From NCBI RefSeq assembly GCF_025526975.1, contig NW_026515687.1:1-64000 (forward strand): 64,000 nt of DNA, given 5' to 3'. This DNA comes from Fimicolochytrium jonesii (taxonomy: Eukaryota). Under the pieces are notes generated by a model. It ran no database searches. It saw only the letters and a list, made by a program, of their open reading frames with translations, and had not been told where the DNA came from. The translations under genes and the position numbers were made by a program. Below, piece after piece: positions 9,879-22,281 of this stretch. Positions within the stretch are counted from its first letter, which is position 1, and each line of letters begins with the position of its first letter.

Positions 9879-10699
9879 ACACACAAGACATCAAACCGCA
9901 TGATCGTTTTTCATTAAAACGTGGCTTTTTCGTGTGCGTTACGGACCACTTTATCACCCTGTTGTATGGAGCCATAGTGCTTCCTCAGGCTCAGTTTGTC
10001 CGCGGTTACTTTGCTTGCTTTATACATAGAGAAATACTTAACAATTCGGGACTTTCGAGGCTGGTGAAGGAGTTCATCAATAAACAATGTGCATCGTGAT
10101 GTTTTGTAAAAGAAAGAAAATGAGATCTGAGCAATTTGGGTCTGATGTCCAACTGGGGAGGATGAGAATGTGCTCCAGACTTCTGCATCGCAGACCACAC
10201 GTTGGATTAAACGGCATCATCCTGCACACTGCTAGTAGCGAAGAGAACGCTGTTCGGCCCAGTGAATCATCCCAGAGGCGCACACCTATCTTCCGTAACA
10301 TAAGAAAGGTGCAGGCCCAAGGGAAAGAGCCTTGAGGCTTGCTGAGCATTTCAGGAGTGTACGGCTTCAAGGATGCAGGCAGCCAAGCTCAAAGCCCTTT
10401 TGAGAAATCAGCTTGGTATTCTAGTATATGAAGTTCACTCCCTGCCCACTCCGCAAGTTGCAATCAACATAAGAACACCGCAAGTACGAGGATATTCGAG
10501 CAGATCAGCCTTTTCAGTGAGGAATGATAGTCGTGTATATCTCCTCCGGGGGCTTTCTTGATGTTCTGTCCTTTCTGTTACTTCCTTATTCCAGTACGTA
10601 TTCTGGGTGCTTGACGGACGCGCTCGAGGCTTGCGCCTCACTTGCGCCTCGTTCACTCCTCTTGACGAGATTCAGATTGTGAAGCTCTATTTCCCAGAC

Positions 10700-11143
10700 A
10701 TGCCTCCACCCCTCAGCAAGCCACCCGCCTTCGTGCAGTTCCGCGTAGCCCGTCCAACATCCTCTCTCACCCTCACCCGCCAATTCTACGGGCCATCCGG
10801 CCTCGGTCTTCCCGAAATCGGCTCCTTCTCCGACCACGCGGGCTACTCGGGCGTGATGTTCGGACTCCCCGACGCTACATACCACCTGGAATTCACTGAA
10901 TACACCGGTGCGAACACGACCCCACCGCCGTCCTATGCGCCGCCGAGCGGCGACAATCTGCTCGTTTTTTACATGCCTCACGCGGCGGAGAGGGAGGCGA
11001 CGGTGGCGAGATTGGTCGCCGTGGGAGGGACGATTGTGCAAAGTGAAAATCCGTACTGGGATGCTGACGGTGTGACGGTGGAAGATCTGGACGGGTGGAG
11101 GGTTGTCTTGCAGAATTCAAAGGGACTACTTACACAACCTTGA
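10700..11143 (+). CDS. VOC/glyoxalase-superfamily protein, YycE-like; intronless
   Basis: QFRVARPT...FY...GLGL...F.DHAGYSGVMFGLP...YHLEFT...DNLLVFY...ENPYW...GVT.ED.DGWRVVL pattern. Confidence 0.85.
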   Translation: MPPPLSKPPAFVQFRVARPTSSLTLTRQFYGPSGLGLPEIGSFSDHAGYSGVMFGLPDATYHLEFTEYTGANTTPPPSYAPPSGDNLLVFYMPHAAEREATVARLVAVGGTIVQSENPYWDADGVTVEDLDGWRVVLQNSKGLLTQP

Positions 11144-11470
11144 GTGTGGAGGTCTTCTGGGAGAAGTTTGTGGGAGAGTCCGGAGGGCGTCAAAAACTCA
11201 AAAATCCTAGAGGAAAAAGTTCTTTCCCAAGGAATATATTCTCAACTTCAGCCCATCCACCCCTTTGGCTTAAGCAATATTTAAAACAGAAACAGAAACA
11301 GATTACATCTGCGTGCTTTACAGATGCGAATGCCTTTGCCCCCCTCCCCACCTTCTTTTGGAAAGGTGGAGCATTATATGAAACTTCAACGTGTTCCACC
11401 ACTGGTTCCATCCGGTAACGGTACGCGCGCAACGTCCAAGAAAAGTACGGAGCTCGTACGATAACTCCTA

Positions 11471-13579
11471 CTACGGCTGCTGTTGCTGCTGCTGCTGCTG
11501 CCTGTAGCCGCCACGACGGCCATACCCGTACCCTTGATTGCCGCCGTAACCTTGGTTTTGGTTGCCTCCGTACCCTTGGCCATGACCGTATCCATCATTG
11601 TACGATCCCTGGTAACCTCCGCGACCACGACCGCCGTAGCCTCCTTGATTGTGGTAGCCATGCCCAGCAGGCCCCTCACCCTGATAAGAGTTGTATCCAC
11701 CTCGACCACCACGGCCGCCACCTCGTCGGAAACCACCCCGACGGTATCCGCCACGGTTCTCGACGCCCATTTGTCCGAACGTTTCGAGATTCAGCTTTCG
11801 TTCTTCGAACTGTCTCACGCGACGGCCCCCTCTGTTGAACCGACGCAAGGCAAGTCAGATAAGCAATCCCCCTGAAAGATTGGACCTGTACACAAAAACT
11901 TACCTGCCGTCATGGCTTTCGGCGCGGTCCTTTGCATCACAAGAGATGTTGTCAAAGAATGATGATTTCTGATAGAAGCTAGGATCGTCCTCGCTCTCCT
12001 CAGTACCATCTTCTTCGTCATCGTCGGCTTCGGTTCGCACTACCACGTCGTGGGTGGCATTTGCCGATGCTTCGTTTGCGACATCGGTTTTATTGAACTT
12101 TGCATTGGAGATTTCGAAATCGAAATCCGAATCAGGAACCGAAATGCGTCCTCCGCGAGATGACGGCGCGCTACCCCTAAATCCGCGTCCTCGACCGCGG
12201 CGCTGACCACTATGCACCAAATGGGCGCCGGTTCCAGGCAGACGAGCTTCATAACGACTGTCCGTGCCATCTCTGCCATTGACATCGTTAACTTCCTTCT
12301 CCGCGCTTCCCTCCCCTGCTTCAGTAGGCTTCGCCAACGGCTTGGCAGCTTGATCGGCGGCAATCCGTTGTTCTTCTCCACCAGCGGGACCAGTTGATCG
12401 TGCAGGGACTTCGGCATTCGGTGACTTCACCGCGGGCTCCTTGGGAGCAGCGCGCTCTGTGGGCCCGGAAGTCAAATCTTTCCGCTTTTCCGGCCTTACT
12501 TCTCCGGAGTCCGGTTTAGTGGAAGGCTTTCCTTGTGGACGGGAGTCCTTACTGACTTTGACCGACTCGTTCAAATCCAATCTCTCAATGGCCTGCGTGA
12601 CCTCTTTAACGTTCTGCGGTGGTTTCTGTGAGTCTCGCTGATTCTTCCCTCGCGTCTCCTTCGGAGCATCCTCCGCAGGCTTTTGAGGTTGGGGACCTTG
12701 CGCAGGCTGCTGCTGTTGCTGTTGCGGCGGCCGCTGCGGTGGCGGTGGCTGGGAATATTGATTCATCCCCTAAGGAAGAGGGGTGTGAGAAACGGAACGG
12801 GTGCGGAACAAGGACAATAGTACACTTACAGGAGCTGCGGCTGGATTTGATGAATTCCCCTGGTTGGAGTCATGGGGAGCCCACAGTTGTTCATCGGGTT
12901 TCTGCTGGTTGAATGGTGGAGGGGGATACGGAGCAAAGCCCATCGGAGGCGGAGGCAGACCATATGGATGACCGCCAGGCATTCCTGGAAAACCGGGCTG
13001 CCCCGGTTGTCCGGGGAATGGAGGTCCCCCAAATCCACCAAATCCTGGTGGCTGCATCTGCCCCGGCGGTCCAGATACGCCTTGGAAAGGCCCATGTCCC
13101 ATTCCATGAGGCCCATGAGGATGCATGTGCCCGGGTCCTGACTATCAGGCGAAAAGTGTGACCATTAGAACTTCCTATCCCCGTGCAGCATCCACAATGT
13201 GTTGACGTCTTACCGAAATGACTGCAGGGTCATTTGGCACCCTCATTGGATTGGGAGCTGGGGCTTTCGACGGAGCGGTCATAACATGCAAATCCTTCAC
13301 ATCTGCGCCACGGAAAACAACGAAAGGGAACGGTTCTTCACTTGGGGAAATTTCATCTTCCCGGCGAGCTTTTCGTCCTTCAGTTCCCCAGGAGTGAACT
13401 GTAATGGATGGAGAGAGGCTTAATACGCTTTCAACGCTGGAACCCTGCCAAGTACGCAGATGCATACCGTTCTCCAACGACACTGTTGAATTCTCCTGGT
13501 TGATTTCGACCAAGATCCCCTCATAACGGACGTCAGACTTCGATATCAAACTAATCTTTGAACCGATGTAGGGCATCAT
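11471..13579 (-). CDS. SCD6: Lsm14/Scd6 family P-body translational repressor
   Basis: LSm domain YIGSKISLISKSDVRYEGIL, FDF motif DFDFEISNAKF, FFD box SSFFDNIS, TFG box EERKLNLETFG, C-terminal RGG; several introns. Confidence 0.95.
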
Positions 13580-13893
13580 CTTGAACAACTGTTATTGAAC
13601 AAAACTGATAGAGTTGTATATGCGGCTAAGATTGCCTTGCGTCAGACATGTAAACGCAATCTTCGACGCTACCAGGCGAAATCTCACCCCGAGTGTCTCG
13701 ACAAGATCTATTCTTGTTTCCACTCAATTCCGCGGCTGGTCCACTAGCAGGCAGAAGCTTGCTGATCAAGGAGGCGCGATGAATACTCTTAGATCTCTCT
13801 CGTTCCGCGCCGTCGGGAAACCGATGGAAAGAGTTGATTGCGGAACAGGTCAGCGGGGAAGGCAATCGCTTGAGAGGATGAGTACTGGTTCAG

Positions 13894-13901
13894 TCACGTG
13901 A
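13894..13901. promoter_or_regulatory. Palindromic E-box (TCACGTGA) in the SCD6/RPB8 bidirectional promoter
   Basis: GTCACGTGA ~110 bp upstream of the RPB8 ATG; matches the bHLH (Cbf1-type) RTCACGTG site. Confidence 0.45.
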
Positions 13902-14007
13902 GTCACCAGAAATTAAATCACACCCTCGACGTGAGTTCGCTGAATTTGAACTTCGCCGTCCTGAAAGGTCCTATCTGATACCGGAGAAGGTCTCACCTCA
14001 GGTCACA

Positions 14008-14690
14008 ATGAAGGTAAACGGTCGCTTCAGGGAATATGTTCTTGCTCAGTCCGCCGAGTGGCTCCGTAGCAATTGCTGTCGTCATGTACTCATAACAACC
14101 TCCCAATGGTGGATTCTTTTAGAGCCAAATATTTCACTCAACTTTCGTGATCAAAGATATGGACCCATATGGGAAACGCTTCGACAGGGGTCCGTATAGA
14201 GCTCTCTTGTGGTTCAAGTGGAAGGTGTTGGCTAATAGAAATCGCTTCTCTCAGTGTCCCGAATTACAGCGCTGAATGAACCTGGAGACGTCGAGATCAC
14301 TCTCGACGTGAACACTGAGATATACCCCCTGGCAGTCAACGATAAATTCTCTCTGGCGTTGGCCGCGACGCTCGCACTGGATGGGTCCGGAGGAGATGCT
14401 ATAGACAGGGAGGCATGGAGGGAGAGGCCAGGAGTGCGGACTTTGGCGGACGATTACGATTATGTTATGCATGGGAAATGCTACAAATATGACGACAACG
14501 GACCTTCGAAAGTGTGCGTATGAGCGATCTTCCGCTGAAATCTTCGTTCACTCACTCACGCCCATTTCTCTGATCCCGCAGTTCGGTGTACGTGTCGTTT
14601 GGTGGACTTCTGTTATGTATCTCGGGCGACTACAGACAATTGCAGGACCTGGACGTGGGCATGAACTTGTACCTCCTCATGAAGAAATGA
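14008..14690 (+). CDS. RPB8: RNA polymerases I/II/III shared subunit RPABC3
   Basis: Spliced product ...GKRFDRVSRI...LDVNTEIYPL...LADDYDYVMHGK.YK...VSFGGLL...LYLLMKK; 4 exons. Confidence 0.95.
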
Positions 14691-15135
14691 TCCCTCTTGG
14701 AGTACTGGAGAACGCATGAGGTTTAGGGGCTTATGCCGGACCTCGCCGGCGTAGATCACCTTCGGATTGCGCGCGCGCGTGCACTTGCCGATCGACGAGC
14801 CATCTTGCCTGGATTGCAATCATCAGTCTTACGCGTCGAAAGTGCGAACTATGCCGCAGCATTGCGGCGGATCCGGATGCGCAGAAGTGCACCGTATTTG
14901 ATCGCATTCAATAATCTTATTTGTACATATTAGAATCATTGGGGGATTTGATTACTACTGCCGTCAGACAGCTATGTGTGATGGAGCACCATATGCCGTG
15001 CTACGGAAGACAACACCGTCATGGAATTCAATCGATGTTGATCCGAGCTTTCGTTGCCCTTTCCTTTTGTTCCATTCGATGTACTAGATCTATTGTGTTC
15101 TCATTGTACGCCACGTGAGTCGCCTGCCACGAAGG

Positions 15136-17394
15136 TTATATTCCTGCCTTGCCGACACATTGTTCGGCCGAATCGCCGACGTCGCTTCCGGTATGCTTCT
15201 TGGCAGATTTCCGCCGTGCGCGCGCCTTAGCTTTGCTGCTTTTGCTGCTTCCGTACCTAGGGGAAAAGCATAAATGTCAGCTTACTTCCACCTTCTGCCA
15301 AGGTGCCAAATACAATCTTACTCCTCGAAGATTGCCAGCCCCAGATAAAGTGCCGCGGTAGTTGCAATCAAAGCAAGAGCTCTCAACCTATGGCCGAGAC
15401 CTCCTACAAGGACCAGTGCCGCGCCAGTGCATAGTCTGGCAAACATCCTCACACTTTTCGGAATCCTTTCATGTGACCTGCCGTGCTGGTGCAGCATCGA
15501 AATCGCGGCGCAGGTTATGATAGCTATCCCGAATCCGCCGCAAAAGATCCATCGCAACCAATCGCTGACAGGCGTGTTTTCGTCATATTCCGGATGTTGC
15601 GGATCGATATGTCCAACGATTAGGATGAGTTCGGAAAGCCCCGCACCGGCGGCCACCAGGCACGTGTGTAATGGGAGGTGGAGCATTTGCCAAGCGAATC
15701 CAAGGAGGTGAGCCCTTCGGAGGGCATGCCGAAACCGCTTTCCATTGTCCATGGTGAAGTAGATCCATTGAACGCTGATGGTGATGGTCAATCCCAACAC
15801 AGTCGATAAGTAGGCGCGGGAAAATCCGCCTTCGTGTGCCACCCACAAGACTGAGACGACCACCTCCCCTGGTAGACAAGAACAGAATGTGTTAGTTAAT
15901 GACCAGTGGAACGAGAAACAAGACAAACTTGCCTAGTACGATGATCATAAGGAGCCCTATGCGCTCTATTTGATGCTCAACGTTGAGTGCGAGTCTGTAC
16001 GTTCTAGCAACGAAGTATCGAGCGGCATATGTGGCGAAGCGGGAAAGCAACTCGGTCCCTAATCCAAGGGTCCAGAGCCACGTTTGCGTTGATTGCGGAG
16101 TAAAGATGCTGATGAACCACGGGATGCTTGCAAAAACGGTGCCCCCTACTCGTAGTGCCGCATGCGGCCAGAATTTGGGCATGCTTATGAAGACTTTCGA
16201 GTAGGAGAGAACGTACAGAAGTCGGGAGAGCAGGAAGATGGATATAAACAAGTGTCCGGTATTCTCGTGTGCATCCTCTTTGAACGCACTCTCCGCTGTG
16301 ATGCCCATCCCGGCAACTAGAATCATTTGCATCCATGCGTGAAATCGATGCCAAAAGCCGGTGCCGATACCAAATACGTTGGTGAAATTCTGGTTCAACC
16401 CCCACGTCAGCCACAGGGGAGCAAACACCAGGATGAAATGTGCAATGGTCTCGCCGTTAAGAGCCTTCGAGAACTTAATAACTTCGGCCGTCTTGCTTGT
16501 AGCAGCCACGTAAACCAGGTCCGTAAACAAATCCTCCCAAGAAACCTTTCGGGGCTTCCGCTCTCGATGAAGAGTATCTCCAATAAAGAACTGACGAGCC
16601 GGACTCGGCTTGATCCATCGTTTCCACCGCCCGACGGTGGGGACATGCTTTGGATGCTGCGCATGTATCTCGTCGTAAAATTGAATGTTTGCGTCGAGAT
16701 CACCGAATTCTTCCGTCACGAAGTCCCCCTCTGTTCCCTTCTCCAAGTCACCGTCGATGTACATAGTAGCACCTGCGGCGCCGTGAACGGCTTCGACCCG
16801 TCCCTCCGTTCTTTCGTCACCCTCAACTTTCTCTCCGGCGTTGGCGTCGACGACATCGTTATCCTCTGCATCGCTGCGATCTGCTCCCGACATCTCCACG
16901 CAGAAGTCGTCATGCTTTTCCGCTGCTGTTTTGCGTTCTTTGCTTTCCGAAGGGCTGTTCAAAGTCTTGCTGGACTCTCCCAAGCGCTTACCCCCATCGG
17001 TTAAATATTGACTCCGCTTTGGCTGCGCTTTATTTGCTCTTGCGCCTACTGAGTGCTTCCGCGTCGGAACTGCTTCGTCGTCCTCACTCGAGCTGCTTGA
17101 GCTTGAGGACGACGACGATGAAGATGAGGAAGAGGACGAGGACGAGGTTTCCGATTGTCGGTGACCCGCGTTGGATCTCTTCCGACGCCGTTTTCTCTCG
17201 AATACATCAGCTTTGGTTCCGGCAAAGACCCAGGCGTCTGGTTTCCGGCGACCGCGTAATGTATACGAGTCAGGCGGAGGGGCTTGCGGAAGCTTCCACT
17301 GGAACTTTTTTCTTGGGTGCGATGTTGGCGGCTGCGCGGGAGGTGCTGCACTTTCCGTTCGGGGAGGTCGCGGCGGGGCCCCCGAAATCGACAT
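15136..17394 (-). CDS. Low-temperature requirement A (LtrA)-family membrane protein with long Ser/acidic N-terminal extension
   Basis: VSWEDLFTDLVYVAA, EHQIERIGLLMIIVLG/GEVV, WIYF, HLPL motifs; multiple TM segments; introns ~15872-15930 and ~15257-15321. Confidence 0.85.
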
Positions 17395-18465
17395 CGTGGT
17401 TTCGTACTTTTGGTGTACACTACGTATTTGCAAGTTGGGAAGAGGACTGAACCCACCAAGCATTGCCTTATATATGCATCAAGCGTGATTTTCAAATGGT
17501 GCTCTCACGTCCGCTCCTTTTTAGGTTTTAGACTTTGGTCTGTCCACTTGTGGCATTCGCAACGCTGTGGACCGATGACGGGTTGGTTCTTCTCCATGAT
17601 GTCATTTTGTCGAAAGTCCGCCACAAACGCGGCATCTCCGGTACTGTCATTTTGTTCGACGGAGAGCGGGAAGGATCGAGTAGACTCAGAGTTCCCTGCA
17701 AGCGAAGGCGGTATATGATATGTACCACACCGAGAATGTTTCCGAGGAGGTACAGTACGAAAGCGGGAATACATGAACGCCGGCTTCGATTTGTCAGGCG
17801 CAATTTGAACGCTTTGGTGCAAGAATGTGTTCGCGAGCATTTCTTTTCAACAATGATCCACATGTATACGGCCAACCTATATAAAGTAGGTCTGCCATCA
17901 GGGATTGCGGGCCCCGTCAGGAATAATGCGTGAGACTTACCTGGAGAGCTAGTTTGCCAACAGTCTGCTCTGCCACTTTCCCGAATCTACATATAGAGAA
18001 GACCTTGACGCACCGGGATACGTAAGTAATTTGACTGTCCGAGCCTACGTACATACAGCGGGGTTTCATACGATGCATGTCAGGCGTAGAGCATTACTGT
18101 ACTGTAGGTAAGGGTGGAGCCAACCTGGTGTCGTTCGTACTCTGCGGAGCAATAAAACCGGTTGATAAGTTCAAACATTGCGTCAACGTAATCTGGTGAC
18201 TGGCGGTCATCAGAGACTCATCAAAAGCGTCAAACTGCGCTCAGCTCGCTCAGCCCCGAGCTTTTTTTCCCACGGCCTGTTTTGCCTGCGGACCCAGCTG
18301 CGGACCTCCCTGTAGGTCAACCAAAGCTCAAGCGCAGTCCTTCTCAAACGCAGGGAAGGTCCAGTCGTAGAAAGGGACCAAGGCAACATACTGTACTGGC
18401 GTTGACGTCTTCGCCTGAAGTATTTGAACACCAGTTCCATCACCTTGCTGTGCGCGTCGTGCAAG

Positions 18466-21400
18466 ATGACCGTGCAGCTACAGGTAAAACAGCTTGGGAA
18501 AGCAGCACAGCTTTTTTGATTCCTACTAACCGCTCTTGTCGATATCTAGAGGGCAGAGACCGGGACGGAGCTTATGCCCTCGCAACAGGTGTGCTCGCTC
18601 AAAAAGTATACTGAATGCCACGCATGTTTTGACTTTCCCGAATAGCAATCCTTGAACTTAGTGAGAAACTTACTGGGTACCACCATCGGCGCAATCACCT
18701 ATCTGGTGAGCATTGATTGACATCTTTCTCCTATGAATCGAAAAAGCTGATCAAAATGTTTACAGCGAGGGCTGTTTCCTGAGAACAATTTCAAGGATAC
18801 TAGTATGGGTGGACTGGGACTAAAGAGTTTGGAGAGAGGTGTCTCCCAGGAGGCGAACAACTTGATGGACTGGCTGGTAGGGTTGGTTGTCCGGGAATGC
18901 CTATTGATGGCTTCTGAAACACCAATTTTTACCATAGAATCGCGGATGCTTTCATGCTTTGGAGCGGCAATATGTGTGAAGTCTTTGATGCTGCGGATGA
19001 ACCCATGTGCGAGTGAACTGATATGCTTTGACTCCAAAATAGCTTCGAACGATGATCTTTGGCATATATCTGTCTCCCGACGAACCCAACAAACTGTAGG
19101 TATCCCAAACGCCGTGATCGAAGACCCTTTCCCCTCACTCACGGAGCGCTCTCAGCGTGGAAGCGTATACCTTTAGCTTCACGTATCCTGAAACGGACGG
19201 ATGCTGTGTCACTATGAACGCGAATGGAGTGGAGACCTTTCGTTTGCAGACCAAAACTGCGATCATGAGGGCAACATCTACGATGTTGCGGCGCCTACTG
19301 ATTTTGACCCAAACATTGCGGGTATGGATATGTCCAATCAGAATTGCCGCCGGATTGTGATCGATACTAACATGCAGGCCACCAAGGCTCTTCCGCCAAG
19401 CGCTTATATCACCATGAAGCTATTCTATTACGATGAACGCACCCCGGCGGAATATGAACCACCATGCTTCCGCGCAGGGAACGATGAGGAAAAGTTCTTT
19501 TTCTCTCAAAAGCCGGAGAAGATTAACATTGGAAAAGTCGAGACGCCACATCATGCGTAAGTGTCCGTTCGCGTCTCGAAATCTGGAAGAACTTTCTGAC
19601 CATATTTTGCAGCTTGAATTTACAAGTGCAAACAACTGCTGATGGCATCGAAGCTGCTAGAGACCCCGAAGCCCAGGACGAGTTTGAGACATCCAGTCAG
19701 CAAGAGGGGGATCTCTCTGCAGACTCCAGTACTCCTACGGATATGAAGGCTAAGCAGCACTGCCAGAGTAGCGAGGTGTCGCTGATGCTCGAGGACACTG
19801 GAATATCGCAAATGGCCGGTGTCACAGAACAGATGGGCCAGGTTGCCCTTGAAGAAAGTAAGCTGCTTATCCGTGTGGGTTCGCGGCGGTATGTCTCACC
19901 TTTGAGTATAGACGCCTACCTGATGGAAGTCGATGTCAGAGAAACGTGTTCTCAGCAATATGCCTCCAGACAAGCTGGGCTATCTCCGCCCGCCATGAAT
20001 TTCAGCAGTGGTAAGTTGATCAATCTGTTTGTTTTTCGCAAATTATTACACTCTTACCAAGTATACGGCAGTCATCGACGACACGCAGGATTTGGTCAAT
20101 CGGCTGAAGGACAGTTCATGTGCGAATGACCACGTCCCCGACGACGACGTTGCGCCTTCGGAGACGTTTGGCCACACGCAACACTCACGCACTCAGGGGA
20201 GCGACGTTCCAGAGTCCATCGATCTGGCTATGGATGAGATGTCCGACGCTCACGACAGTCCTGAACCGGAAGCAAAGACGGGCGAGGACCAGTCCACTAG
20301 TGCGGAGATAGGTGGAGCGAAGGACGACTCCCAAGGCAGTTTGCAAGCAGACAGCCCAATGAGCCAAATGCTAGGAGATCAACAATGCCAAGGTGCTCCT
20401 TTGGAGCCAACGAGAACCACAACAGCTCAGCCTCGTTACGGGGGGGTCCCGACCACAGGCGCTGATGGGGAACCGATCGATTGTCCTTGTGGAATCAACC
20501 GGGTAAGTTCGCACATTTTGGCACATTTTGGCACACATTGCATACGCGGGTAATTGAGTTCCGCGATAGGAAGAGGACGATATGCTTTGCTGTCATCAAT
20601 GTGGAACTTGGGGTCATTTAGCCTGTGCTGGCTTCAAGTCCTTGACCGACAGACGACTCCCGACAACCTATGTGTGTTTTGCATGCCTGAATGACAACTG
20701 TGTTGCAAACGGCTCGAAACCCAAATTCAACCTCGAGTTTGTTGCGGAAGTAGCGTTGTTCCGACGGGGCATCGCCATCGCGTGGAAGGACGGCATCAAA
20801 TCGATGACGGATTTCGCCACGGATATGGGTTAGTGCCGATCTTCGTGCATTGTTGCGAGCTTCCCTAACGCTGCTGGGCTCAGGTGTCGACCGGTCGCAA
20901 GCTCGACAAATCATTCAACGTCTTCAAAAGGAAGGCTTCATTACTGACAAAGCGGATGCTAGGGTCAAGAAGCCTGCTGACCGAAGAGCCTACTATATTT
21001 TGAGAAAGGCCGCCCGCCCGCAACAAGGGAAGTGGTTCTCAAATAGACCCTTCCTCGAATACGATCAGAAGCAAGAAGAAGCGCAGGCTGGACCGCGCAC
21101 TACCACCGAGGTGGCCGACGATGGCGAGACGCAGCTGACATCCAAGCCTCTACACCACATGAAAGGGATGTCTTCGCCTCTGATCAACACTCCTCGTCGT
21201 ATGACCCGGGGCCTTTCAAAATCGCTTTCGGGCTCATCTCAACGACTTCTGGAACTCGGCGGCGCTTCTGGAAGAACCCGCGCAGACATTCTCCGGCAAG
21301 TGCAGCTTACGTCGGTTGGACTGAATGGCGATGCGGGGGCCATGGATACCCCCATGCAAATCGGTGACCACTTGGTTCATAATGTGAGTGTGAAGTGGTG

Positions 21401-21681
21401 TTGTCCCGCTCTGATAACCTTTCGTTTTTGGCTACCCCTTTCTTCTCCACCTTTTATGATTTTCAAACGCCAAGTCCCAGTTCAACTACGATTTTGAGAG
21501 TCAGGGCAACGGCACATGCCTGCAAGATCTCAGCCAGACGCAAATCACCTGCGAGAGTCGATATTTTGGAAAACGCGCGATGGAGGAAGATGCACCCAAA
21601 GAGACCGGTGGACGCATTGATCTGCGAGTCGTCAAGAAGCGCAAAGTCTCGGTTGTGCAGAGGAACATCGCCGTCCTCTAG
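18466..21681 (+). CDS. HOP1: Meiotic HORMA-domain axis protein Hop1/HORMAD (HORMA + PHD + winged helix + closure motif); multi-exon
   Basis: QSLNLVRNLL..IGAITYLRGLFPE.NF, EAYTFSFTYP, LPPSAYITMKLFYYDERTPAEYEPPCF; PHD CPC...CHQCGTWGHLAC...CFAC; C-terminal KKRKVSVV. Confidence 0.9.
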
Positions 21682-22281
21682 CCCGATTCTGTTAACCATC
21701 GGGTGCCTATTACCCCAACCACAAGCTATTCCTGCTTGACATGACGAGATAATCGCGTGGGCGTATGAGTGTTCCTGGTTTTTAGTCTTTAGACGTCTTT
21801 TCGAGGCGCGCTTTCAGTTTGCTGTTCATTGTTGTTTCCTGATCCTATTTTTTCTTGTGGGACATTTCAAGTTTGCTGTATATGTAGATAGTGTTCCTTC
21901 CTTCCAGCCGTGAGAACGTTCGAATTTCCGCCGTTGTATGTACTGTACTTGCCGTTCGTTTCTCAAAACATTCATTCATTTCAAATACCAGAATTGAAGC
22001 TTGCGTGGTCAGACCGTTGATTGTGGGATGAATTCAGGTGCAGATTGGAAAAAGAGCTATTTGGAAAAAGATGTTATTCAAATGTTCCAGCTACGTGAGG
22101 TGCAGCCAGGTATGTAAGGAAAGTAAATATCCGCCTCGGGCAAAAGGGTTTTTGCCGGCGAGGGAAGAGGGGATGATGGGGAAAGGGATATTTGCACACA
22201 TCTAGCTAAAAAGATAACTATATACTTGTTGAGTTCTGCCACGTCTACCCTGCGATCATGAAGGGATAAGAGATGGGAAAT

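Noticed and set aside
9914..10600. Short ORFs between the cyclin and the VOC gene
   Set aside because: No recognisable motifs or consistent splice model.
20511..20540. GCACATTTTG tandem repeat
   Set aside because: Short slippage repeat inside a HOP1 intron; no evident function.
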